Assembly: GCA_002269645.1 (NCBI GenBank)
Contig: NIVC01001984.1
Coordinates: 1 to 64,000 of the forward strand
DNA length: 64,000 nt
Origin: Macrostomum lignano
Lineage: Eukaryota
Reading direction: 5' to 3'
In this document: piece by piece, positions 1 through 16,210 of the stretch
Numbering within the stretch: the first letter of the stretch is position 1
How the letters are laid out: each line of letters begins with the position of its first letter
Notes under the pieces: model-generated
What the model was told of the DNA's origin: nothing
The model's input: the letters and a program-made list of their open reading frames with translations, nothing else
The model's database searches: none
Position numbers and translations under genes: made by a program

Positions 1-319
1 TTATTTAAAGTAAACGAAGCAAGCAAATTATGCAGAGCAATAACAAATAAGTGCATTGGGATTTTACATTAGGATCTCAGATTGCTTCGGTTAATCTATG
101 TCACTATGTTTTCGGTGACAATGGGTGTCGTCAATAAGTGTTGAAAAAATCTAATAAGAAGACAACTACGTCAGCTATGTACATAATATTATGCCAGTAT
201 CACGAAGCGACAATGCATGAACTTTTAAAAGAAATGTAACAAATTCTGCTGTGCAAAGCTAAACGATAAGCTACGAGTACAAGTTATCAGACCTATTACC
301 AATTTTGATTTTGGGTTGG

Positions 320-1475
320 AGAGTGAGAGATTGGGGTGGTGGGTGAGAGCCGCTGAAATTAGGGTGGGTGAGAGCTATTTAAATTGGGGTGGTTTGCGAG
401 AGCTTTTTAAATTGGGGTGATGGGTGAGAACTATTTAAATTGGGGTGGTGGGTGAGAGCTATTTTGATTGGGGGTGGTGGGTGAGAGCCGCTGAAATTAG
501 GGTGGTGAGTGAGAGCTATTTAAATTGGGGTGGTGTGCGAGAGCAATTTAAATTGGGGTGGGGGTGAGAGCTATTTAAATTGGGGTGGGGGTGAGAGCTA
601 TTTAAATTAGGGCGGTGGGTGAGAGCTATTTAAATTGGGGTGGTGGGTGAGAGCAATTTAAATTGGGGTGGGGTGAGAGCTATTTAAATTGGGGTGGTGG
701 GTGAGAGCAATTTAAATTGGGTTGGTGGGGACAGCCAGTGAAATTGGGGTAGTGGGTGAGAGTTTTTTAAATTGGGGTGGGGTGAGAGCTATTTAAATTG
801 GGGTGGTGGGGGGGAGCCAGTGAAATTGGGGTGGTGGGTGAGAGCCACTGAAATTAGGGTGGTGAGTGAGAGCTATTTAAATTGGGGTGGTGTGCGAGAG
901 CAATTTAAATTGGGGTGGGGGTGAGAGCTATTTAAATTGGGGTGGAGAGCTATTTAAATTAGGGCGGTGGGTGAGAGCTATTTAAATTGGGGTGGTGGGT
1001 GAGAGCAATTTAAATTGGGGTGGTGGGGACAGCCAGTGAAATTGGGGTAGTGGGTGAGAGTTTTTTAAATTGGGGTGGGGTGAGAGCTATTTAAATTGGG
1101 GTGGTGGGGGAGCCAGTGAAATTGGGGTGGTGGGTGAGAGCCACTGAAATTAGGGTGGTGAGTGAGAGCTATTTAAATTGGGGTGGTGTGCGAGAGCAAT
1201 TTAAATTGGGGTGGGGGTGAGAGCTATTTAAATTGGGGTGGGGGTGAGAGCTATTTAAATTAGGGCGGTGGGTGAGAGCTATTTAAATTGGGGTGGTGGG
1301 TGAGAGCAATTTAAATTGGGGTGGTGGGGACAGCCAGTGAAATTGGGGTAGTGGGTGAGAGTTTTTTAAATTGGGGTGGGGTGAGAGCTATTTAAATTGG
1401 GGTGGTGGGGGGGAGCCAGTGAAATTGGGGTGGTGGGTGAGAGCCACTGAAATCGATGTGGTGGGTGAGAGGCAC
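320..1475 (+). repeat. G-rich minisatellite (about 28-bp unit) with higher-order structure, downstream of the CCN stop
   Basis: Unit ggggtggtgggtgagagctatttaaatt. A variant block recurs at about 488, 845 and 1141. Confidence 0.9.
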
Positions 1476-1589
1476 AACTTGCCATTGAAGTGAATTTTAA
1501 TTTAAAACTGATTCCAATAAAAAAGACTGCGCTTTTAATCCATCGCATTTAAAGGTTCAACAAACTTGACCGGTTCTTCACGCGTTACT

Positions 1590-4795
<3,206 letters not shown>

Positions 4796-6709
4796 GACTG
4801 GCGAGTCCTGGCCTCGTTGTCCCGATGAGTCAGTCAGTCAAGCCATGCCGGCTACTTGATTGGCGAAACTGTTAGCTAACGAGAGCCGAGAGTTGTGGCT
4901 TAAACTTTATAGGCATTTAGCATTAAGATGCATGGGTTGAGAAAGGGTTTGGATTGGTTGAGAGGTCCTGTCTATTCAGTAGCAAGCTAGCTTATAAGTT
5001 GCCTGAGAGCTCCTTTTGATGAAGCAGACTTGCGGAGTGAAGACGGCGGAGAAGTTCCGCCAATGGTGTGCGCGCGCCGTTCAGGTTGAATTTAGGCCTC
5101 TCCCTGAAACTGCTGACAGCTTCCTGTAGCTTTTCTTTGCTCGTCTGTCGCCACCTCTCCTTACTCCCTTTCTTGCCGTGGCAACTCTCACTTCAGGCAT
5201 CCAATGGGAGATTGGCAACTCTTTTCCTGCCTTGCTCACTGCTCAGGGTTTGACTTCTAGTAGTCACAGTCTCACGCTTTGCCTACCCTTTCAGATATTT
5301 GTGTGTGTGTGTGTAGGTGAATGAATGCCTCGCTGACGTTGAAGACTCAAGCAAGACTCAAAGAAGAGACGATCGGAGAGGGCGGAGGGGAGATGGCCTC
5401 TCGCGCGCACAAAAAACTCCTTCTTAGCTTTCCCACATTGAAGCTTTTTTGCAATCCTTGATCCATATTTTCTTTCCGCGATTCTGCCCAGTCCCAAAAT
5501 CCCCCCTCAGATCTTCTGCTCAGCTCCCTGGGGAGTTTGCGCCCGAGATTATCCCCATAACTCAGATAGCAGCTTCTCATTCCCGAGCGAGATGGGGCAG
5601 GAGATCGGGCTCTTGCTTCGTAGAGTGTCAACGTCGGCTTGCTTTGGAGCAAATTTTCTGCAAGAAAATTAATCGAAATTTGGATAGTCATCGCCAGCCA
5701 CTAATCCATCGATCAGTGATCACAGAGTTTTCTTTGAAGGCTAGATCTCGTAAGCACTCGAGTATAGTTTATCGTTCGTGGCATCAAAATTAATGAGTTT
5801 AAAGTGAGTTCCTAAGCGGTAAACGCGTCTGACTCTCAATCGCGCTCGACTCCGAGGACTTGTGTGCTCGAAATAGTGATTTGTTTTGCGGGTTGGGTTG
5901 GGTTGAGAAGAATTGCGTCAAGGCCGGCTTTGGGTCGATGTCGCCGAAGACGAATTGTGGCATGAATATTTGTTCTATTTATAATTGAGCTGATTAGTGA
6001 GTGGATGAGTGAATACATGAGTGAGTACATGGTTGACTGCATTTGACACGTGAGTCATTGAGTTGTCAAAAAGTTCATGGCTGCAAATATTGACTTTAAC
6101 TTTAGCCCGTAATCTACTGGATGGCGAAGCGTTCAAATGGAGCAGCCCCGTGAAGTGTGAGGAATTGGGATACTAAAATGCAAGTCACTGACGGAACGAA
6201 AAAGAGTTGAGATCCGGGGATGAAGAGACGAAACCAAACAGACTCAGCGCTGGCCAATCTATGTGGATGACTTGAGCTGCAGTTGGGTGATCGATATAAA
6301 GTCGCTGGGAAGAATGAAGAATAAAACGTCGCATCTCGGAGGGAAAAACGAGAGGAGAGTGGAATAGGGATAAAAGAGTTAGAGAGAAGATAGATCGTCT
6401 AAGGATGATCGATGAAGTCGGTTGGAGACAACAGGATTTTGTCCCCTTCTTACAAGAGGCTTAGGAGGTCGAGATCGAGTAGCTGCTGCATGCTCAGCAT
6501 GCTCAACAATCCATGAGGAGCGAAAAACCCGAGGCGCGCGGTCGTGCAAAATGTGTGATAAAATATGCATCGAGAAACATCAGTTGACAACAAAAAAAAC
6601 TTGACAACATAAAGATTTGAAAAACTTTGAATTGTCGTAAATCTAGCATTAATTTTTTAGGAAGCGGCAAAATTTTCGACGATTTTCAATGGCAATCCTG
6701 GCTCAAGGT

Positions 6710-7548
<839 letters not shown>

Positions 7549-10107
7549 GCTGAATTCGCTCAATCAAAATTGGCAGAATATTCAGCATTAGTCATGCGCT
7601 GCCCCATGTCAATTCATAAATCGGGCCTATACTTCTGTACCAACAAGCTAGGCTGCATGGTAGCTGATTTACAACGGCCAAAACGTAAGCGTTTGTTGGT
7701 CCAGGCAATCAATCATCAATGAAATGAAATACATGTATGTAGTTTATTTTGTATCCTTCGCCTGATCATGTACATGTATTTAACAATTTCAGACAATTAT
7801 ACAGTGCAGGGTGTATTTTCTTCATAATTTACAGCAGGGTTTTAAGAAAATTTAACACAAATGAAAGAGCTGCGCATTATAGATAAATGGACATAAAGAA
7901 TGAACACATAGAGAACTGTGAGCGTGCCAGCGTAGTAACTGCTAGCGTATATAGTATATCGCGCTTAATCGTGAATGTTTAGGGGTCAGTAGTAGTGGAT
8001 CGAATAAAGCGCACGGACTGCGATTGCCTTCATGCTAGAATAGTATAAAGACACGAATTATTCAACGTCCCGACAATTACGAGGTCTAGGCGACGACGCC
8101 AAGGAGAATCTTGCGGTCTCGCGCGGACGTTAGACATGAAGCTACTCGAAGAATAGTATATTTTTATATAAAGAGACTTTTAAAACAAATATCGAAGACA
8201 TAACACCATCAAAGGTATGTTAGTTTACATCTTTTAACATCCTAAACGTACATGTACATGATCATTTCGTTCTCGTAAATTTTAATGATCAGAATGCACC
8301 TGGATTTATACATGTAAATGTATGAGCAATTAAATTACAAACGTTGGCTGCCCCACGCAAGTTTTGCTTTCCACTAATTATGGAGGATTTTTAATTACTG
8401 TGTTTTCAGCATAATTTTAAGCAGACGACGTTCTGTATAATTTTGACTGCTCTGTGTACAATGACATGTATAATATGAGTGTTATATTTGAGCAGTCTTT
8501 CGCTATTTTTGAGCCAATATTTTATAACAGACGATTTCTCCGTCCTGCTACATTGGTTGTCCTTTTAGTTCGTATATGTACATATATTTTACAAGTAAAT
8601 TTAGAGCCATGCGCATGTACAAAGTAAAGGGACTTGTTTAATTTTTTGTATACAACTTTTTTCTGATTATGTCAAATATTTCTTTGATAGAAGTAAAGCA
8701 TAGGGTTTCATTTCAAATACCGGCTTCATCAGTCTAGTATTTACCTAATTTAAATACTAAATACTAGAAATACTAGAATACTAGAATACTAAATTTACGT
8801 ATTTAGTATTATGTTATAGTAATACTAATAATAATACTAAAATAATAATACTAAACATAATACTGTTTAGTAATACTATTACGTAAGTATTACGTATTAC
8901 GTATTACGTATTACGTATTACGTATTACGTACGTATTAAGTATTACGCAAAATAAAAATTAACTTTTGCAACGCAATATTTTACTAGCAAGTTTTAGTAT
9001 AATAAAACTGCGAATATTTTCTAAAAGAAACACTTACCTGACTCTGCAAAATGGTACTTAACTTAGTTTGTTAATTCACGGTACAACCTAGGCCTAAAAA
9101 TAGAATTTGATGGTCACGTCATTTCCGAGAACTTTGATCTCTTTCTTCAACTGTGTTCTATACTTCTATTCTAGTCTAGACTTTTATATGCATTAGTGGT
9201 TGTATACTCATTTCTATAAATAACAAAACTATGACAATATTTCTATGACAATATTTCGAGGTAATTTAAGGCCTGGTCTATTTAAACTAAACTAGATATA
9301 AACATATTTAATATTTGAAGTTTTGAACAAAGTAAAATCCTAGTGCTTAGTAGGCCAGGCCCTAGCCTATGGCCGAGGCGACTAGAAGGCCTGGCTAACC
9401 TGTAGTGTAGTAGGCCTAACTTCTACTAGTACTAGTTCTGAGCATCGTTATCAGACATAATTATATAAGCCTCGAGGAATATTACCCTAGCCAGCCTATG
9501 GCATGCAAGCTATGCTAGCTGGCTGGCTAACATCACACTGTAGAGCTTGTAAGGCCTATAAATCCTAGAATAGGTAGGGCCTATGCTAGAAATTTCTGGC
9601 ATAAAATTAAGTTGAGTTGAGTGTGCAATTGGAAGTTGGCATATAGATAGTTGGCATAATATTAATATTTCTACTTATTAGGCCCTATTCCTAATTTGAC
9701 CTAATTTATTTTCTTAAAATCTGCCTTCTGGTTTCTGGGTCTAGGCATAGGCATAGGCCTACTTAAAATTTTTACCTTGTCAGTTGCTTTTCATTTTGTG
9801 ATTTTGGCTCATTTAGGCGTATTTAAAAGAAAAATAATTTATATATAGCTTTAAAATTGCTTCTTAAGTATGTGTATAAAATCCCTTGTATTTCTTAGGG
9901 CCTATAGTTTTTATTAATGAAATAATAGGTGTCCTAATTAATTTTTTTATTTTCAATGATCTTATATCTAAGGCTGAGTGGATCAATCAATCAACCAGCC
10001 AGATTTAATGTGTATCTCCTCCTAGATGGCTGAAAACTCAAATGTGGGACCTATAGTCTGGATCATGCTGGGTGCACACCCAAACAAAAATTGAAGAATT
10101 ACAAATG

Positions 10108-10245
10108 CATGCCAAAAAAAACCTTGGGAATCACCTGGTCATTTCTATTGGCAACAGTACCACACACATGTAAGTCACTATTGACTGAGAGCAGTCATGT
10201 AACTACTATTCTGTCCAATAGTCACTTACATGTGTGTGTGTGTGT

Positions 10246-10291
<46 letters not shown>

Positions 10292-10338
10292 TACCAATAG
10301 AAACAGCCGAGTGAATCCCAAGGTTATGCCCAAGCATG
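10108..10338. mobile_element. Palindromic MITE-like dispersed element, copy 1 (internal (TG)n expansion)
   Basis: Arms accttgggaatcacc..ttctattgg / ccaatagaaac..gtgaatcccaaggtt. Its reverse complement aligns with 51909-52079. Confidence 0.65.
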
Positions 10339-10950
10339 AATCTTAACCCTAGCCACTGAATCCTGAGAGTTGAGCTCTATTTGACAAAGAAAATTTTTTT
10401 TGAGTCCAGTTTCACGGAGTGGATTTTGATCATTTTTAGTTTCACAGAGAGGATTTCTGTTTTGTGAAGAGGATTTTGATTTTTTTCAATTTAATAGAAA
10501 ATATTTTGATGGATTTGGAGAAAAGTTAGATGATAGGATTTGGGTCATGCGATTCATCTGATGGAGTTCAAACAATAGAATTCTAGTAATGGGAGTTCTT
10601 CCCCTTTCTCTTCCAACAGAGGAGTTGACCTCATAATCTTTAAAAGTATAAACTATATTAAAAACCATATTATATAACTAGGGCCTATCTAAAACCAGGC
10701 AACATCTAAAAATATTAATATAAAAAAATAATTTCTAAGTATTATATACTTGTTAATATTAGTGCTTAGTTTGGCACTCATTGTAGGCACTTATAAAATC
10801 TATCTATAGGCCAAAATGAAAGCCAATACCCAATTCCAGAAAGTTATATATGTGCTAGAAAATTCTAGCATCGAAATGACCCCTTCATTTTTGATATGCA
10901 AATTCATGCCATTTTTGGAATAAAAATTTATGCCTTTTTTATCCAGTCCT

Positions 10951-11221
10951 AGAGTTCTGGCGCCGGAACCCATTTTCTAAGGGCTATGGATCCAGCAATG
11001 ATATTCCAGTAGTGCAATTTATGGGCATAATATAGCAGAAACATTTTTACTTTTTAATGGGTGGTTGACATGGAGATTTTTTTCTATATAAGCTAAAAAC
11101 AAAATGAGGAGATTCAAAACAAGATACTTCTAATGTTCAAGGACTTCATTAGTAGATAACTGCCTACAGAAGACTGCCAGATCTATAGCCATTAGAAAAT
11201 GGGTTCCAGTGCCAGAACTCT
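10951..11221. mobile_element. MITE-like element with about 47-bp imperfect terminal inverted repeats
   Basis: 10951-10997 (agagttctggcgccggaacccattttctaagggctatggatccagca) versus the reverse complement of 11175-11221 (agagttctggcactggaacccattttctaatggctatagatctggca). TSD not resolved. Confidence 0.6.
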
Positions 11222-11990
11222 TAGCCATTACCACAAATTTTATTGAACAAATTTATGTTATATATGAAAAATTTTGTGTAAATAAATGTGTTTAATGTGA
11301 AATAAAGAAACTCTGTATACTCTAAAAAGTTGGTAATGAACTTTGTTTTAATATTAAATAAGACTAGTAAAAATTATTGATAAAAGTTTTTTATGCATCA
11401 TTTTTTCAGAATTATTATTTAATTTTGTTTAAGATCAATAAATTTATAATTTTAAAAAGACCTTTGTTATAATTTAACCTTTTTATAAAACTCAACTTGT
11501 AAAAAACCAAATTACTTATTTAGGAGAAATTTTAGGCATACAATTTATTGAAATTTTCCATTTTTGGTCTTTACTGGCATATATTTAGCAGAACGAAAAT
11601 GAGTATGTGCAATGCCAAAATAAGTGCCTGTGATACCAGAATAAGCATTGACAACATTGATTCTAAAAATATATATATATATATGTAGGAATGTAGGCAT
11701 GTATATATACTATAACATCCATGGCAATGCCCTTGTTTTAAAGGTTAATGCACATATGTTACAGGTCTAAAATATATATTTCTTTATTGAGAAGGTAATT
11801 TGGGTTTTCCAAATATATTTCAGAACTTTCAGTATTCACTACCAAATTATAACTTTTTGTAAAATAAGAATATCAAAAAATATACTAGATATGATGAATA
11901 AAATACATTTTTATAATATTTAAACATTAGTGTAAGATTGGATCTGGTCAAGTTTAGAGTTAAGGAAATTTTCTATTTTTTCATGCAATT

Positions 11991-12254
11991 ATGTCAGATC
12001 AAGCAGCTGTAGAACAACCAAACAAAGGCGATGCCACAGATGCTGGGTCCAGCATCTTCAAGCGCTCTAGCCAGGTGCAGCCAGCATTTCCTCAGCCTCT
12101 GCCAACTGCTGCTCTAGAAGACATTGATGCTGAGTACCAGATGGGCAATCCCAGTAGGGGTTTTTGTCTGATCTTTAATCACGTGAGTTTAACTTGTTTT
12201 ATCTGAATAGGAATAGCTGTCTAACGCTTTTGTCTGTGTCCAGCTCTCTTAGTG

Positions 12255-12299
<45 letters not shown>

Positions 12300-12308
12300 T
12301 TCTGTCTT

Positions 12309-12359
<51 letters not shown>

Positions 12360-12360
12360 T

Positions 12361-12439
<79 letters not shown>

Positions 12440-14046
12440 TAGTGCCTGTCTGTCTATCTGTCTTAGTGCCTGTCTGTCTGTCTGTCTTAGGGCCTGTCTG
12501 TCTGTCTGTCTTAGGGCCTGTCTGTCTGTCTGTCTTAGGGCCTGTCTGTCTGTCTGCCTGATATGATATTTATTAATGCGTATCTACTCAAGTTCTAATT
12601 CCTTTTGGTTCTTCAGCATTTCAATAATAAAGCGATATTGTCTGCAACAGCTAATAAAATCGGTCGCACTCAAACAGGTGAACTTTCTCAGCTCAACCCA
12701 CCAGCCGACCCGCGAGGGCTCCGACGTGGACGCCAGCAGCATTGAGAACTCGTTTCGTCGTCTGGGCTTCGATGTTCGAACTTTTCGCGACCTGACAGCC
12801 TCGAATCTGCTGGATGTTCTGCGCGAGTTCCGCCTCAAAAATCATTCCAATAACGATTGTTTTGCTGTAGTGTTGCTGTCTCACGGATATGAGGGCCACT
12901 TCTACGCCAAGGACAGGGACTTGCCTATCGACTTTGTTGTTCGACAGTTCAAACCGGACGCTTGCAAAACTTTGGCTGGCAAGCCGAAGCTGTTCTTCAT
13001 CCAGGTATGTCTTCTGCTGGGATTCTGAGGTTAGGTTAGCTGGGATCTTGAAAATTTAAGCAATTTGTTTCTTAAATCTCAGAATGGGATTGGGGATCTC
13101 GGAATGGAATTGGGGCTCTCTGAATGGTATTGGGGATCTCAGAATGGGATTGGGGATCTCAGAATGGGATTGGGGATCTCAGAATGGGATTAGGAATCTC
13201 AAAATGGTTTTGGGGATCTCAGAATGGGATTGGGGATCTCAAAATGTGATTGGGGATCTCAGAATGGGATTAGGGATCTTAAAATGGGATTGGGATCTCT
13301 GAATGAGATTGGGGGTCTCAGAATGGGATTGGGATCTCAGAATGGGTTTGGTGATCTCAGAATGGGATTAGGAATCTCAGAATGGGATTAGGAATCTCAG
13401 AATGGGATTAGGGATCTCAGAATGGGATTAGGAATCTCAGAATGGGATTAGGAATCTCAGAATGGGATTAGGAATCTCAGAATGGGATTAGGAATCTCAG
13501 AATGGGATTGGGGATCTCAGAATGGGATTAGGGATCTCAGAATGGGATTGGTGATCTCAGAATGGGATTGGGGATCTCAGAATGGGATTGGGGATATTTA
13601 GGAAGGCTTTCATCATCCATCCCAATTAACGTCAGGCCTGCCGCGGTGACAACTTTGATCGAGGCGTTGAAGTCACCGACGGCGAAGACGACACCCTGGA
13701 CGCTCTGCCACCAGCTGGCGTTGGCGTCGGCAGCGGCGCTGGCATCAGCGGGCCGTTCCGAGTGCCGCTCGAGTCGGATTTCTTCTTCTTCTACTCGACC
13801 CCGCCCGGCTACTTCAGCTGGAGGAACAGCCACAGAGGCAGCTGGTTTGGGCAGCAGCTGACGGCTCTGCTGGATCGCCACGGTGACCGCATGGAGCTGC
13901 AGCATCTCATGCTGATGGTGCAACGCCTGGTGTCTTCGGCCTACGCCAGCGACACGGGAGACCCGAAGAGCACAGGGATGAAGCAGATGCCAGTGACTGT
14001 TAGCCAGCTTAGGAAACTGCTGTACTTCAGACCTAAGCAGCATTGA
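11991..14046 (+). CDS. Short-prodomain effector caspase (caspase-3/6/7-like), about 309 aa, 3 exons
   Basis: Exons 11991-12182, 12678-13004, 13636-14046. Motifs: RGFCLIFNH, VVLLSHG (catalytic His), GKPKLFFIQ|ACRG (catalytic QACRG split by intron 2), SDFFFFYSTPPGYFSWRN..GSWF. A further upstream exon cannot be excluded. Confidence 0.94.
12255..12560 (+). repeat. (TCTG)n microsatellite in caspase intron 1
   Basis: Direct reading. Confidence 0.95.
13081..13592 (+). repeat. 20-bp minisatellite in caspase intron 2
   Basis: Unit agaatgggattggggatctc. Confidence 0.93.
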
Positions 14047-14864
14047 AGCCGGCATGCGACATTCTTGACTAACTATTTTTTTTATTGCAAACAGCCTTTT
14101 GCAATCAATTTTCCAGTGCACTGCACCACAATCAACCTCTCAGAAAAGCTTCTGCACTGACTGATGTCAGTAGCTTGGCCATAGACAAAATTCCGCTCCT
14201 TTTTGCATGGAGTCGATTTCGGTTTGGGCCATAGACTACTATTGAGTAGGCGAAGCCACAGAGTCTCCGTGTCCAGTTTTAAAAGCTGCGAGTGGAAAAT
14301 CGACTGCAAGAAAGGCGATATTACCAGTAATTTGATTAACTATTTATTGCCATAGACACTGATATGATCAACGCCAAAAAGTTGTGTATCTTTATTTACT
14401 TTTGATATTTAATAGGTTTTCTGATTATTAAATACAGCTGATATAATATAAAATCTCTATGGTATTTATATTGTTCCTGTTTGTGTGTATTCAGAATTTA
14501 TCTCCAAATATTTAAGCTTATTTACCCTTCTCATACGAGCTATAATGTTTTCATAAGCTTTTAGTTCGAGGTGCCTTTGGCTGTACTAAATTAAATTGTT
14601 AATTTACCTTTACTAAGAGTAATTATATGTAATTAACTGTTTTCTGAAAATTCAGCTTAAGTTAGAATTTTTATTAGTTAAATATAACTCACTAGTAATG
14701 CTCTTTTTAAGTGCTTTTTTATCTGCTTCCTATCTAAATAGTGTTGACCCATGTTTACTTGTTTATTGTGGGTTTAAAATGTCTTTACGAAAATTGTTTT
14801 GAAAGTTTAAAGTTTTTAAGAACTGATTAAAATAAAGGGGTCAGTGTTTTAAGTAATTCTTGTC

Positions 14865-16080
14865 ATGTGAGGTCAGTGTATTTAGTATTGTCAGGTGAGG
14901 TCAGTGTCTTAAGTATTGTCAGGTGAGGTCAGTGTATTTAGTATTGTCAGGTGAGGTCAATGTCTTGAGTAGTTCTTGTCAGGTGAGGTCAGTGTCTTAA
15001 GTAATTCTTGTCAGGTGAGGTCAGTGTCTTGAGTAATTCTTGTCAGGTGAGGTCAATGTCTTGAGTAATTCTTGTCAGGTGAGGTCTTGAGTAATTCTTG
15101 TCTGGTGAGGTCAATGTCTTGAGTAAGTCTTGTCAGGTGAGGCCATTGTCTTGAGTAATTCTTGTCAGGTGAGGCCAATGTCTTGAGTAAGTCTTGTCAG
15201 GTGAGGTCTTGAGTAATTCTTGTCAGGTGAGGTCTTGAGTAATTCTTGTCAGGTGAGGTCAATGTCTTGAGTAATTCTTGTCAGGTGAGGTCTTGAGTAA
15301 TTCTTGTCTGGTGAGGTCAATGTCTTGAGTAAGTCTTGTCAGGTGAGGCCAATGTCTTGAGTAATTCTTGTCAGGTGAGGCCAATGTCTTGAGTAAGTCT
15401 TGTCAGGTGAGGTCTTGAGTAATTCTTGTCAGGTGAGGTCAATGTCTTGAGTAATTCTTGTCAGGTGAGGTCAATGTCTTGAGTAATTCTTGTCAGGTGA
15501 GGTCAATGTCTTGAGTAATTCTTGTCAGGTGAGGTCTTGAGTAATTCTTGTCAGGTGAGGCCAATGTCTTGAGTAAGTCTTGTCAGGTGAGGTCTTGAGT
15601 AATTCTTGTCAGGTGAGGTCAGTGTCTTAAGTAATTCTTGTCAGGTGAGGTCAATGTCTTGAGTAATTCTTGTCAGGTGAGATCTTGAGTAATTCTTGTC
15701 AGGTGAGGTCTTGAGTAATTCTTGTCAGGTGAGGCCAATGTCTTGAGTAAGTCTTGTCAGGTGAGGTCTTGAGTAATTCTTGTCAGGTGAGGCCAATGTC
15801 TTGAGTAAGTCTTGTCAGGTGAGGTCTTGAGTAATTCTTGTCAGGTGAGGTCAATGTCTTGAGTAATTCTTGTCAGGTGAGGCCAATGTCTTGAGTAATT
15901 CTTGTCAGGTGAGGTCTTGAGTAATTCTTGTCAGGTGAGGTCAATGTCTTGAGTAATTCTTGTCAGGTGAGGTCAATGTCTTGAGTAATTCTTTTCAGGT
16001 GAGGTCAATGTCTTGAGTAATTCTTTTCAGGTGAGGTCAGAGGGGTTAGTGTTTTAAGTACTTTTCAGGTGAGGTCAGGG
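14865..16080 (+). repeat. 24/32-bp minisatellite between caspase and RBM48
   Basis: Unit gtcaggtgaggtc(aatgtc)ttgagtaattctt. Confidence 0.93.
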
Positions 16081-16210
16081 ATCAATCTCCAGAGTACCTC
16101 CTGTCAGAAGTTTCTGTGATGTTATGTAACTCTAGTTGGGTTGGTGATAAAATCACAAAAAAATCATAACCATTGCTAAGCTCTCAACTGCTGAGATCTC
16201 AAATTTCTTC

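Noticed and set aside
7751-7760. GTATCCTT U12-type donor-like motif (also at about 19668)
   Set aside because: Not at a mapped exon boundary; the real RBM48 exon 3 is preceded by a normal AG acceptor.
7960-8160. GC-balanced, CpG-rich segment resembling a small RNA gene or SINE
   Set aside because: No tRNA cloverleaf, A/B boxes, Sm site or recognisable snRNA sequence found.
9080-9905. Cluster of AGGCCT/TAGGCC palindromic hexamers and a TATTACG repeat just upstream (about 8880-8945)
   Set aside because: No periodicity, termini or ORF; looks like compositional bias in decayed repeat DNA.
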